From the IMG/VR virus record IMGVR_UViG_3300025860_000003, positions 1 through 64,000 of that record: DNA of 64,000 nucleotides; one strand, 5' to 3'. The DNA is from a virus. The first letter of the stretch is position 1. Each line of letters opens with the position of its first letter. The notes under the pieces were generated by a model. It was not told where the DNA came from. It was given only the letters and a program-made list of their open reading frames with translations, and ran no database searches. The translations under genes were made by a program, and so were the position numbers. Positions 44,774-54,746 of this stretch are shown here, one piece after another.

Positions 44774-45301
44774 TCAATCCCATAAACTTTGATAGTATTT
44801 GCCGAACAACATGAAGCCATTTGCAATACGATCTTGTTCTAATTTTAAACCTTCAAGATCTAACTTGTAAGTATGACCTTCACCCTTTTCCCAAGTGTAT
44901 CCAATCTCGGTTCCATCTTTACCTATAACTGGAATGCTATCATAATCGATCTCGCCAGTAGAATACTTATCTTCCCAATCATTTAGTTTAGACTCGAAGG
45001 CAAAGATCATCTCAGACATTACCCAATCCCATCGATCATGAACCATTAGCTCACCTTCACCCTCAGAACTTCTTAAAGCCTCAGGCACATCTTCGTCATC
45101 GACCAATGCTGATCCATGCTTAGTCTTCGCTAGTTGATATAGCATAGGGATAATAATATGAGCTAGTGTAGTGTCCATGCTCCACGTATCGTAGTTATGG
45201 ATCTTCACTTTAACCTTTGGAGTAGGAGCATAATCAAACCAATCATGCAAATAGTTATGATACCAACGCCAAGTTGGATATTTACCGATTTTAACTTTCA
45301 T
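44774..45301 (-). CDS. hypothetical protein
   Basis: DTWSMDTTLAHII...GFMLFGKYYQSLWD. Confidence 0.75.
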   Translation of the reverse strand: MKVKIGKYPTWRWYHNYLHDWFDYAPTPKVKVKIHNYDTWSMDTTLAHIIIPMLYQLAKTKHGSALVDDEDVPEALRSSEGEGELMVHDRWDWVMSEMIFAFESKLNDWEDKYSTGEIDYDSIPVIGKDGTEIGYTWEKGEGHTYKLDLEGLKLEQDRIANGFMLFGKYYQSLWD

Positions 45302-45305
45302 TACA

Positions 45306-45986
45306 TTACCCTGCGAATGATGTCCAGAGTTCCATCGCTTCTTCAAGCGATTCAACTTGGAAGTTTATTTGGTTCTTGTTAGACTTTGAGTCAAGCGTGT
45401 ACTCGCTCAGCACTTCATCACACTTAGCAACAAGTGCTTTGAAATACTTATCACCATTTGCTTTCACATAACAAGTGATCTGTGGGTCTTTGGTTTGAAC
45501 CTTAATGCCAAAGTATATATTATCTTTCGCAGGAGTCTCAATAATGTAAGACGATGCACGAGTCTCGGTGTATCCAATATTGTTGAACACTTCACTGTTA
45601 GATAGAACGAGATCCGAGATCTCAGAGAACATATTACGCTGGCTGTCGACATACGAACCAAACAATTTAGATAAATCTGCCATAACAAAACAATCCTTAT
45701 AATGACCAGAGACTGAGTTGTCTTCTGGCGACCAATGTGCTATCAAGTAAGACTCAAGGACAAACGAAGCATCCTTTTCATCCAGTTTAAATTTCTCAAG
45801 GTTTCTTGCTACAATGACGCAATCGTCAATACTATAACCCTTGTCTTTCAGGTGGGATAAACATCTTCCACCAGTGCCTTTACCAACATATGCTGGACCA
45901 GCACCCAAGGTACGACTGCGATACATGTAGACATAATCACCTAGTGTATCAAAGAACGCTGCAGTAGGTTTGATTGGAGAGAACAT
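45306..45986 (-). CDS. GIY-YIG-domain protein
   Basis: YVYMY...YVGKG...R...H, later E and N residues. Confidence 0.6.
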   Translation of the reverse strand: MFSPIKPTAAFFDTLGDYVYMYRSRTLGAGPAYVGKGTGGRCLSHLKDKGYSIDDCVIVARNLEKFKLDEKDASFVLESYLIAHWSPEDNSVSGHYKDCFVMADLSKLFGSYVDSQRNMFSEISDLVLSNSEVFNNIGYTETRASSYIIETPAKDNIYFGIKVQTKDPQITCYVKANGDKYFKALVAKCDEVLSEYTLDSKSNKNQINFQVESLEEAMELWTSFAG

Positions 45987-46928
45987 TTACTTCCACTCAC
46001 AATCAATCATCATCTCAGTCAACATAGCCATCATGTTGATCTCAGCATCTGCCGCAAACGCAGCTTTGTACTGATAGTCGGCTAGGGTAACAACCACTTG
46101 TGGAACACTGTTCGGCGCAACATACTCACCAGCAGTATCGTAGATTTTACGGAATGTTTGAGACGTATCGCCATCCACATTCTGAGCAACCCACTTACGA
46201 ACCTTGGTGAACTCTTTTGCTTTCATTGAAGCCATCAAGTCTTTCAGGTTTAAGTCTGCATAGTTTACTAGGATGCCAGAATCAATCTTACCAGTGCCAG
46301 CATAACGCTGTAATTCATTCAAGACTCTGCGGTTATCGGGGAAGTGGCGCTTCACAACCTCAGCGACCACCTGCTTATCATACTCCACATTCTCAGTGTC
46401 AAGAATACTAGAGACACGCTTGAATAGTTGAGCCGCAAGTTTAGGTTTATCAGAAGCAGCCATCTTGAACTCAACGACAGAACATCGTGAGTGTAGCGGA
46501 GCAATGATCTTGTTCACAAAGTTACATGTCAGGATAAACCCACAGTTGGCGCTATACTCTTCCATAAAGTTGCGAAGAGCTGGTTGGACTGTCTCAGCAT
46601 TAAGATAGTCCGCTTCGTCTAGGATGACATACTTTCTGCCACCCGCCAAAGACATAGACGAGGCGAATCCTTTTATCTTAGTGCGTAGCGTATCAATCAA
46701 ACGTCCCTCATCGGATCCGTTGATTACGATATAGTCACAACCCAGCTCTTCAAGCATTGCTTTGGCGATAGTCGTTTTACCAACACCTGCGGTGCCAGTG
46801 AGTAGTAAGTTTGGAACATTTTTATTATCAACAAATGTCTGGAATGTTTCTTTCAGAGCATTAGGTAGGATTGCGTCAGCCACGGTCTGTGGACGATACT
46901 TCTCAACATACAAAAATTCATTCAACAT
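45987..46928 (-). CDS. clamp loader large subunit (gp44-like)
   Basis: VEKYRP, GTAGVGKTT, ILDEAD, SRC. Confidence 0.93.
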   Translation of the reverse strand: MLNEFLYVEKYRPQTVADAILPNALKETFQTFVDNKNVPNLLLTGTAGVGKTTIAKAMLEELGCDYIVINGSDEGRLIDTLRTKIKGFASSMSLAGGRKYVILDEADYLNAETVQPALRNFMEEYSANCGFILTCNFVNKIIAPLHSRCSVVEFKMAASDKPKLAAQLFKRVSSILDTENVEYDKQVVAEVVKRHFPDNRRVLNELQRYAGTGKIDSGILVNYADLNLKDLMASMKAKEFTKVRKWVAQNVDGDTSQTFRKIYDTAGEYVAPNSVPQVVVTLADYQYKAAFAADAEINMMAMLTEMMIDCEWK

Positions 46929-46956
46929 AATATAGTTTTCTCCTCAATATACATCT

Positions 46957-46985
46957 ATTATACTACAAGATAGGTGGTATGTCAA
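46957..46985 (-). promoter_or_regulatory. sigma70-type promoter
   Basis: perfect TTGACA-17 nt-TATAAT. Confidence 0.85.
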
Positions 46986-47746
46986 GCGGAAAATGGTACA
47001 ACCGCACCTCTACCGCCTGACTGATAGTAGAAGTTGTATGTGTCTGGCAGGTCTAATTTGAGGTCTTCGGGGATGTTGATGTCCCTTGATACCATGCCTC
47101 TCTCAAACTCATAGTTAAATGTCACTAGATCTAGATGATGAGCTTCAGTGATTATATCAACCACATCATCAGTGTAGTAACTCCGATAGTCATACTCCCT
47201 CATCGATGAGTTCCAATATGCGAGTTTGGAGAAACTGGGCAGACCAATTGCATCCGCGACTATTTTCCAGTCTTGTTTTATAGACTCATAACGACCAATG
47301 AAGTTCATGAGACTATTACCATCGGGATCAATGAAGTTGCCGATCTGCGGTCTGATGCAAAAGCCTCTGTTCCATTGGTAGTCGTAGTCGGATGATTCAA
47401 CGTCCAGCACTACAGCTTCATCGTATCTCCACTTAACCCAGTCGGCGAAAGACACATCCCACTTACATTCAGCGATACACTGAGAAGCGTATATACTCAC
47501 CTCACGATCAAACGGATTTCTGACAAAGCCAAACTTATAGCGTGTGTCGAATGTTTCCTTTGGCAATACGCGAGAGGCTTCATATGCTATTCCGTGTTGA
47601 GGAACAACACCGCTATGATCACAGAGAGCGTCATATGTAGACGAACCACCCTCTGTATCACAGACAGTCATGTCAGTCGGTCTAAGCCAATCAAGCATAC
47701 TGGTTCCAGCAGCTTTTGGGTTATGGACAAATATCCATTTAGTCAC
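46982..47746 (-). CDS. sulfotransferase (family 2)
   Basis: FVHNPKAAGTS 5'-PSB, FVRNPFDREVS 3'-PB, FIGRYE. Confidence 0.85.
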   Translation of the reverse strand: MTKWIFVHNPKAAGTSMLDWLRPTDMTVCDTEGGSSTYDALCDHSGVVPQHGIAYEASRVLPKETFDTRYKFGFVRNPFDREVSIYASQCIAECKWDVSFADWVKWRYDEAVVLDVESSDYDYQWNRGFCIRPQIGNFIDPDGNSLMNFIGRYESIKQDWKIVADAIGLPSFSKLAYWNSSMREYDYRSYYTDDVVDIITEAHHLDLVTFNYEFERGMVSRDINIPEDLKLDLPDTYNFYYQSGGRGAVVPFSA

Positions 47747-48005
47747 TGATCGGTCTCCATCCAGTCACAGTATTGGTGCGGAATGATCTCCACGCCTTAA
47801 CATCAATTCCCCAAACAGGGATGTCAGCAGAGCCACCAGAAACAGAACTCACGGTGATAGCAGAGCCAGACTCCTCCAAGATTATCTCAGGATTGAGAGT
47901 ACAAGGCATCACCCTTGTACCCCCATCATTGATCTTCTCAAAAGTAACTTCGACCACACCCTCTTTGAGGTGTTTGATCAAGTCATTAACCACAGACGTC
48001 AACAT
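47739..48005 (-). CDS. WYL_2/DUF2693-like protein, second copy
   Basis: VTFEKI...RVMPCTLNP...AWRSFR. Confidence 0.75.
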   Translation of the reverse strand: MLTSVVNDLIKHLKEGVVEVTFEKINDGGTRVMPCTLNPEIILEESGSAITVSSVSGGSADIPVWGIDVKAWRSFRTNTVTGWRPISD

Positions 48006-48265
48006 TACTTCAACACCGTTTCGTACAATGCCTCAACATCTTCCATCTCACCAACAGTCTCGCTTAGATTCTGTTTGTGGAAGATTTTAGCCAATTTGTT
48101 CAGGTACTTCTTTGGCACATCAACGTCATCAGCAAGAGCTTCAATCGCTTCTTTGATGAATTCACGCTCTGCTTCCATCCGTGTGTACGAGTTGCTGATC
48201 TCTTCCATACAACCTTTGATTCGTTCTTTGTCTGAATCGCTAGACGGTAAAATAATATTGCTCAT
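48005..48265 (-). CDS. double-stranded DNA-binding protein (T4 DsbA-like)
   Basis: EISNSYTRMEAEREFIKE...LNKLAKIFHKQN pattern. Confidence 0.65.
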   Translation of the reverse strand: MSNIILPSSDSDKERIKGCMEEISNSYTRMEAEREFIKEAIEALADDVDVPKKYLNKLAKIFHKQNLSETVGEMEDVEALYETVLK

Positions 48266-48301
48266 TGTGTTTCTCCATTGTAAAGTTATATTTCAATTTA
48301 A

Positions 48302-48862
48302 TTATATCACACCATAAATATCTTCAGACTCAACCCATGTCATATAACCTTGCTTATGCAAGATGTTTGTGATAAGGCTATCATCTATGTGCGCATGCTC
48401 AATCTTAACAAATGTGGGTTTAACTTTCCAGCTGTACACGCCGAGGATATTTAACTCATGCCCCTCAACGTCGATCTTCATGAAGTCAATATGACCAATC
48501 TCGTTTTCTATGAGATAAGTGTCCAGTCTACAACATGGCACTTCAATCCTATCCAACAGAAGATGGGCGTTAGCTGGGCGACTGAACATGCGCCCACCTA
48601 AATGATCCGCATCGTCCACAACACCAATCCCACGCGCCCAGTCATCGGTTTGAATGCTTTGGTTGAACGCAACTGTACCATTCTTATTCGATACAGCCAT
48701 GTTATCAACTTTGACATCATATTGGGCTGTCTTGTTAGCCATAATTTCAGCATAACGTGGATCAGCCTCAATCATATATCCAGACCAACCTGCTTCAGCG
48801 AGAGGAAGACACGTGTCAAAATCACACGTGCCTATCTCTAGGAAGACTTTCCCATTACCCAT
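48302..48862 (-). CDS. FkbM-family methyltransferase
   Basis: FLEIGT, IEAD, IDFMKIDVEGHE, IEH. Confidence 0.85.
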   Translation of the reverse strand: MGNGKVFLEIGTCDFDTCLPLAEAGWSGYMIEADPRYAEIMANKTAQYDVKVDNMAVSNKNGTVAFNQSIQTDDWARGIGVVDDADHLGGRMFSRPANAHLLLDRIEVPCCRLDTYLIENEIGHIDFMKIDVEGHELNILGVYSWKVKPTFVKIEHAHIDDSLITNILHKQGYMTWVESEDIYGVI

Positions 48863-49523
48863 TGTATTTGCTTCCAGCCTCAGTAGCAACCCAATACTCA
48901 ACAACAGAGCCGAGGAAGTGGGAGATGCCTTTAGACGATACACTAACCTTATAATCATCAGACATAAACTTCAGATTCTCGGTCTTGAAGATGAACTCAA
49001 ACTCAGCTTCAGTGTTACCAACCGACAGACCAAACTCATTAGAAGTTGGATTCTTTGTATCAGTAGCAACCAAAGAGACAGTGCCGTCCGAACCACGAAC
49101 AACAACTTCAGGCAATGACAGTTGATTCGCAGCGTTGACAACTTTCTTATAGTTGGCAGCGGTCATATCAAATTGAACTTCAGGATCAGGCAGCTCAAGA
49201 TTCTTCTCGGGTGGAGAAGTTATCATTGACGGATCAGTGTATGTGTAGCGACATTGACTACTTGGTTGTGACGCTTCACTGACGGTTAGTGACGATGAGC
49301 CGAAGTCAAAGACAGCATCCTCAAACAAACTAGTCAACCCAAGAAACTGATTCATCTCATAGATGGCAAAGTCTTGTGGGAATGATTCACTTACAACAGC
49401 AGACGCAAGGATGTTCTTCTGGGGTGATACAGTTCGTAACACGTTGCCAGTCTTAAATGATAACGATGGATTTATCGTTGAGAAGTTCTTTAAAACTTCA
49501 AAGGTGCTTTCACTAATTTTCAT
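48855..49523 (-). CDS. sliding clamp (gp45-like)
   Basis: LKNFSTINPS, FAIYEMNQFL, ENLK, YWVATE. Confidence 0.92.
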   Translation of the reverse strand: MKISESTFEVLKNFSTINPSLSFKTGNVLRTVSPQKNILASAVVSESFPQDFAIYEMNQFLGLTSLFEDAVFDFGSSSLTVSEASQPSSQCRYTYTDPSMITSPPEKNLELPDPEVQFDMTAANYKKVVNAANQLSLPEVVVRGSDGTVSLVATDTKNPTSNEFGLSVGNTEAEFEFIFKTENLKFMSDDYKVSVSSKGISHFLGSVVEYWVATEAGSKYNG

Positions 49524-49526
49524 AAT

Positions 49527-50003
49527 CTATCTCTCCAGTTCTTGTAAGTCGTGATTGTGTAATGCGATCAACGCATAATGTAATACTTTCATTAAGTCCG
49601 CACGATTATAGCCATTCTTGTTGCCATATCGTTGGACATATTTAAGAACATTTCCAAGGGCAAAACCCTCACCATGTCCGCAGTCAATAATAAACTCAGT
49701 TGACTGGAATTTATTCTTCGAGTAATGGGCTGAGTAAGTCGAGTCGACATACTCTTGAAATTCATTAATTAACTCAGCTTCATTAAACTTATAGAGATTA
49801 TAGTCGAAATCATTGCGTCCGTCAACCCCAGAGTCACCATCACCACACATTGCTTGGTTACGGTCAATATCAGCATAATACTCGTCGGTGTGGGCATAGC
49901 TATCTTCGACACTTCCCTCTTTATTAACATATGGGTATGTTTGCGTTACCTCTGCAGTTGTCCGTTCCTTTCCATAAGTTGTCCAATTCCAATTCTTTTC
50001 CAT
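49527..50003 (-). CDS. DUF3310-like protein
   Basis: HYS...GFALGNVLKYVQRYG...DLMKVLHY. Confidence 0.7.
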   Translation of the reverse strand: MEKNWNWTTYGKERTTAEVTQTYPYVNKEGSVEDSYAHTDEYYADIDRNQAMCGDGDSGVDGRNDFDYNLYKFNEAELINEFQEYVDSTYSAHYSKNKFQSTEFIIDCGHGEGFALGNVLKYVQRYGNKNGYNRADLMKVLHYALIALHNHDLQELER

Positions 50004-50863
50004 TACTTTTTCACCCTTTTCTTGTTTCTCTTTATGTCAGTCCCAGCAGTAGGTGAAGCACCCACCTCAGAAAGGTCTGCCAATGAACCACCAAATGTGT
50101 ACGAACCAGTATGAAGCAATCTCATCCAAGGACACAACCAAGTCTCAACACCAATCTTTTGCATCCACTGACAGAACATATAATCTTCTGACAAGTATCG
50201 CTTTGAGTCTGGATCAATCAATGCTTGGAAGTACATCATGATCTCGCGTGAACCATCAAACGACTCAGTTCTTGCGTGGTCAGGCAAGTATGTATAATCT
50301 GGATATGCTTCTTGGAACTTCTCAAACGCAGATCGTTGAATCATCATGAACCCAGTGCCACCCTCAAGAACCTTACACGGCTGATTGAGTAAGATATTTC
50401 CTGATTCTTTGGGGTTGAATACATAATCACCAACATACTTCTCAAGATCATTAGGGTTGTCGTCAGCAAAACCTTTATCGACAGCCATCTTAATCTTTTC
50501 CCAAGCAATCGTTTTCTTGGGATATGCACCACACATCACTTCTTTGCGGTCTTCACCCTTTTCTTCTGGATCCATAAATGCAGCCAGAGACAAAACGTCA
50601 TGAGGATCAAACCCGATATCCGAATCAATGAACATCAAGTGGGTGCATTCACTTCTCATAAACTCATCAACGCAATAGTTTCTGGCGCGAGTGATTAGCG
50701 ATTCATTGAACAAATAAAAGAATGTTAGATCCACACCATATGCTTGGCATAGTCTAGACAAGTCAGAACAGGATTTAGAGTACATCCCGTGACACTGTCC
50801 CCCATACATTGGAGTGGCGAGCATAATTTTGCGTTTCCGCAACTCTTCAACTGGTATTTCCAT
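50003..50863 (-). CDS. GT-A fold glycosyltransferase-like protein
   Basis: ATPMYGG, ESLITRARN, MFIDSDI (DxD), GTGFM, LSEDY. Confidence 0.8.
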   Translation of the reverse strand: MEIPVEELRKRKIMLATPMYGGQCHGMYSKSCSDLSRLCQAYGVDLTFFYLFNESLITRARNYCVDEFMRSECTHLMFIDSDIGFDPHDVLSLAAFMDPEEKGEDRKEVMCGAYPKKTIAWEKIKMAVDKGFADDNPNDLEKYVGDYVFNPKESGNILLNQPCKVLEGGTGFMMIQRSAFEKFQEAYPDYTYLPDHARTESFDGSREIMMYFQALIDPDSKRYLSEDYMFCQWMQKIGVETWLCPWMRLLHTGSYTFGGSLADLSEVGASPTAGTDIKRNKKRVKK

Positions 50864-50899
50864 CAGTACCTCTTTGATTATAAATTAAGTTATGTGTAG

Positions 50900-50947
50900 A
50901 TTATACAATAGAAAGGGAGAAAAGTCAACCCGAAAGTTGACTCTCCC
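50900..50947 (-). promoter_or_regulatory. sigma70 promoter whose -35 lies in a terminator-like hairpin
   Basis: GGGAGAGTCAAC-TTTCGG-GTTGACTTTTCTCCC hairpin after cobS; TTGACT-17-TATAAT at 50900-50928. Confidence 0.7.
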
Positions 50948-50954
50948 ATTACCG

Positions 50955-52124
50955 CTAGAATGGAGCGTCTTGAGTAGTGTCAGCATTGGCAAGAGGATCA
51001 CCCACATCACTGTCACCGCCCAAGTTTACATCAGCGTCCAGCTTGGCGTACAAGTCACGAAACGAGGCTTTGGTGTCCTCATCAAAGCGATTAATACACA
51101 TGTCAATAGACTTCATACGGTCATCAAATATCTTGAACGCTTTGGCGATGTGGACAAGGCGACGAGTAGAAATTATCTCATCAATACCACCATCATAGAA
51201 AGTCTTGCGGATGATGTCAGCCCAGTCAACCAGTTTAGAAACAAACTCATCATCTTGGACAGCAAGGTCTTCAAACACAGCCGAGAGTATTTTCTTCTCA
51301 ACAGCAACACTAGGATATTCTTGCTCAAAGGTGACAGGGAAACGCTCAAGGAACGCTTCATTCAAGACGTTAGTCCCGATAAATCGACCATCATCAGATC
51401 CTTTACCTTTGGTGTTACCAGTAGCAACAACAGTGAAGCCAGCAGCAGGAGAGACAAACTCACCAGTCTTCTTGATGAAGTAGCCTTTACCCTCAAGGAT
51501 AGACTGGAGACACATGATCTTGGCAGGGTTGCCCAAGTCAATCTCATCCAGAAGCAATACCGCACCACGCTCCATAGCTTTGATGACTGGACCTTTGAAG
51601 AAGCGAGTCTCACCATCAACAAGACGGAAGCCACCAATCAAGTCATCTTCATCTGTCTCAACAGTAAAGTTCACACGGATTGATTCACGCTTCAATTGAG
51701 CACAAGCCTGATCAACCGAAAACGTCTTACCATTACCAGACATACCAGTAATGAATACGGGATAGAACATGTTAGACTTGATAACATTCTTCAGAGTGCT
51801 GAAATTACCAAACGGAACAAACAGCGGATCCTTGACGGGCACTAAGTTTTGAGTGAAGCCTGTAGAAACGACATTCAAGTCAGCGACTAAGGCGTTTGGC
51901 TGTAGCGCAGGCGCAGGAGCTGGAGCCGAAGCTGGAGCAGGTGCAGGGACGGTATTCGGCGCTATATCAGGGAGATTGTACAACCCACGATCAACGCGCA
52001 AGGATTTGTGGAAGTATGAACTCGGAACTTTCACCCCAAGCTCACGAGCTACTCGCTTCGTCTCAAGGCTAGGAACAGGCGCATCGGGATATAGGCTCTT
52101 CAAAGTATCAAATAAATTGGTCAT
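50955..52124 (-). CDS. CobS/MoxR-type AAA+ ATPase
   Basis: GMSGNGKT, LLLDEID, TGNTKG, NEAFLERF, STRRL; PA-rich linker. Confidence 0.9.
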   Translation of the reverse strand: MTNLFDTLKSLYPDAPVPSLETKRVARELGVKVPSSYFHKSLRVDRGLYNLPDIAPNTVPAPAPASAPAPAPALQPNALVADLNVVSTGFTQNLVPVKDPLFVPFGNFSTLKNVIKSNMFYPVFITGMSGNGKTFSVDQACAQLKRESIRVNFTVETDEDDLIGGFRLVDGETRFFKGPVIKAMERGAVLLLDEIDLGNPAKIMCLQSILEGKGYFIKKTGEFVSPAAGFTVVATGNTKGKGSDDGRFIGTNVLNEAFLERFPVTFEQEYPSVAVEKKILSAVFEDLAVQDDEFVSKLVDWADIIRKTFYDGGIDEIISTRRLVHIAKAFKIFDDRMKSIDMCINRFDEDTKASFRDLYAKLDADVNLGGDSDVGDPLANADTTQDAPF

Positions 52125-52157
52125 ATAGGTCTCTCTCATTCATTCATTTAAGTAGCC

Positions 52158-52271
52158 ATTATACGGCATAATTCGGTATAAGACAACAACTATTTTCAGT
52201 TTTTTTATATCGTTTTGGAATAAAGAATCCTTTCCTTATAACCAAAATATAGGTTAAATATCAACCTATTT
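52158..52271 (-). promoter_or_regulatory. early promoter cassette with 19-bp box and IHF-like site
   Basis: TTGTCT-17-TATAAT at 52158-52186; TTATATCGTTTTGGAATAA at 52205-52223; TATCAACCTATTT at 52259-52271. Confidence 0.75.
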
Positions 52272-54483
52272 AAGCGATAGCCGAGATCAGGTCGGACAAC
52301 ATCTTTCTAGAAGACTTCTTATCATTGTTTGCTTTCTTAAACGCAGTCCGCACCGAACGCTTCGACTCACCACGCTCCACTTCAATAGCACCATTAGCAG
52401 TCTGAAGGTTCTTGCCGCCACTAATAAGATAAAGGTGATCGTATCCAGAGTTTGGAACCACCGCAAACTTTTCCTTGCGGACGCCAGAATATAGGCTTTG
52501 GCCATCTTCCCAACTAACCGACGATGGAAGCGAATTGCTGAACTGTCGTCTATTCAACGGCATAATTCGATAGCCGATAGTGGTAGAGCCAGTTTGATCT
52601 CGATAGAATTCAAGTAAGGTCTTGGTGATAGCATCTCTCTGACCATTAACCCGCTTGCGCTTCTTGGTTACTGGATCAGTAATATAAAGGACTTTGGATC
52701 CAATATAGTTAAATGCCCCACCAACACGCTTGTTAAATTGTCGATCAGGAGCTTGTTCAGCATCATAGTAGAAACTTGTGTTACTATCACCGTCAGTCAA
52801 GAACATAGTGTTGACAATATCAACGCGAGTCTTTTTCTTGAAGTCATCATGTATTTTAAACGCAGCCATGATTGATTCGTTCAATGGAGTCGAACCGAGC
52901 ATCAAGCGATTCGGGATATAATAATTGATGTATCCACGCGTATATCCAGAAGAATATTGATTATAATAATTACCAAGAACCAACATATTTTCAGCCATCT
53001 CAGTAAACTTCTTGCGGTTCATATCGCTAGAGAAAAATTCAATCAAGCGGAATCTTGGATCATATGTCATCTGTCTATCACTAGCATTATCTGGGTGAAG
53101 CGCACTGGTCGTTTCCAACTCCGCGAACCTATCACTAAAGGCATACACGCGGAATGGGATATTGACTTGGCGACAGAACAAAACAAGGTTCAGCATTTGA
53201 TCAATAGTGGGCTTCAAGTCTGCAGCCATAGAACCAGACCAATCAATATACATGATCATACCATGATTTTTTCCGTCAGGCGTTATGCTAACCTTTCGGA
53301 AGATATCGTCATTGTAACGATAGCTGTTCATCTTGACAGGATCAATAACACCAGTCTTTGACACAGACTGGCGGGCATATTCTGCCGCAGACTTTTTCAT
53401 CTCAAATTCTTTTGCCATATACTTGATAGCAGGCTTATTGTTCACAAGGAATTGTTTGTAGAGCGCGACACCAGTCGCTCTCATCGTGGGCGCAAACTCA
53501 CTAGTGTTAAACATCTCAAAGATATCGTCAGCACGAACAACAAGATCATCAACAGGGTTGGTCGGGAAATGAATACTGGTCACTTCAACATTAGGATCAT
53601 CACCATGTTCAGCGCTGATAGCTTGACGAAGAGCGCTGTCAGTCTTTGAGGCGATTGATTCTTCTGGGTCACCCGAGTCATCACGGTCATAGCCAGAGCC
53701 AACCGATTCATCACCGTCATAATCTTCATCACCGTCTTCATCTTCTTCTTCATCTGATTCTTCATCACCAGCGCCTTTCTCATCACTCTCAGTCTCATCA
53801 TCAGAATCATCATCTGATTCTTCATCACCAGCCTGCTCACCAGCACCGTCAGTCTCAGGCGAGTCATCTTCACCGTCAGCATAATCTTCTTCATCAGCAG
53901 CCTGATTGGCAGCAGCGCGATCATCTTCGTTTCGCTCTTTACAAAAAGCATACAACTCATCAGTAAGGGCAACAACTTCTTCCCATGTTTGAAGCTGCTC
54001 AATCTTTTTGATCCAGACCATTTCATCACGCTCAATACGAACACCAGCAGAGCGTCCTGCTTTGAAGTAAGTATTGATTCGGTCAATGAAGCTGTAGCGA
54101 TTAATCTCTACAATGTCACCACCAAAGAACCCATCAGCAAGCATGCGCTTATAAGAAGATATAAACGAGCGGCGCAATCCAGGATATCGTGTCTGAACCA
54201 TTTTCTCAATGCGGGCATCTTCAACGATGTTCAGATACTGGCGATAGATTTCACCCTTTGAAGAGGCAGACTCATGCCAACCAGCTTCAGGAGTATATAA
54301 GGCATGACCAACTTCATGACCTACAAGATGGTCATAAGTGTCAGCATGCATGTTATCCCACATAGGGAGAGTAAGGACGCGATCACGAACATTAAAGGAA
54401 GCAGTCGGAGCTGTCTTATGAACAACCGTGATATTCTCGGAAGCCAACAGGCGAGCTAGGATGTCTTTAGAAGCGATATTCAT
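52270..54483 (-). CDS. CobT-like protein: HExxH domain, acidic linker, VWA domain
   Basis: HEVGH, EDARIE, D/E-rich linker, DWSGSM MIDAS, TPL, LTDG. Confidence 0.85.
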   Translation of the reverse strand: MNIASKDILARLLASENITVVHKTAPTASFNVRDRVLTLPMWDNMHADTYDHLVGHEVGHALYTPEAGWHESASSKGEIYRQYLNIVEDARIEKMVQTRYPGLRRSFISSYKRMLADGFFGGDIVEINRYSFIDRINTYFKAGRSAGVRIERDEMVWIKKIEQLQTWEEVVALTDELYAFCKERNEDDRAAANQAADEEDYADGEDDSPETDGAGEQAGDEESDDDSDDETESDEKGAGDEESDEEEDEDGDEDYDGDESVGSGYDRDDSGDPEESIASKTDSALRQAISAEHGDDPNVEVTSIHFPTNPVDDLVVRADDIFEMFNTSEFAPTMRATGVALYKQFLVNNKPAIKYMAKEFEMKKSAAEYARQSVSKTGVIDPVKMNSYRYNDDIFRKVSITPDGKNHGMIMYIDWSGSMAADLKPTIDQMLNLVLFCRQVNIPFRVYAFSDRFAELETTSALHPDNASDRQMTYDPRFRLIEFFSSDMNRKKFTEMAENMLVLGNYYNQYSSGYTRGYINYYIPNRLMLGSTPLNESIMAAFKIHDDFKKKTRVDIVNTMFLTDGDSNTSFYYDAEQAPDRQFNKRVGGAFNYIGSKVLYITDPVTKKRKRVNGQRDAITKTLLEFYRDQTGSTTIGYRIMPLNRRQFSNSLPSSVSWEDGQSLYSGVRKEKFAVVPNSGYDHLYLISGGKNLQTANGAIEVERGESKRSVRTAFKKANNDKKSSRKMLSDLISAIA

Positions 54484-54512
54484 ATATTGGTCTCTCATCA
54501 AATTAGACGCCC

Positions 54513-54724
54513 ATTATACGGCACAATCAAGGGCAAGTCAACAACTAATTTTAGCCAACTTTTACGGACAGCAGGCTCTCATCAATTTAGAAGCCCATTA
54601 TACGGTATATTCAGAGATTAGACAACAACTATTTGGGGGATTTTTATACCGATTTAGAATAATAATCGAGGTTTTTAGAACTAAAAAGAATAAGGGAATA
54701 AAGCCTTGTAATAACAACAACTTA
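54513..54724 (-). promoter_or_regulatory. tandem early promoters with 19-bp box and IHF-like site
   Basis: TTGACT-17-TATAAT at 54513-54541 and TTGTCT-17-TATAAT at 54597-54625; box at 54644-54662; TAACAACAACTTA at 54712-54724. Confidence 0.8.
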
Positions 54725-54746
54725 GCTCTATTCCCTCATTTGGGTG

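Noticed and set aside
50892-51683. 263-aa plus-strand ORF
   Set aside because: antisense shadow of the CobS-like ATPase; no motifs or RBS
53640-53900. low-complexity repeats in the cobT-like gene
   Set aside because: ordinary D/E-rich linker typical of this family
50955-54483. cobalamin biosynthesis auxiliary genes
   Set aside because: no CobN or other cob genes; generic MoxR/VWA pair
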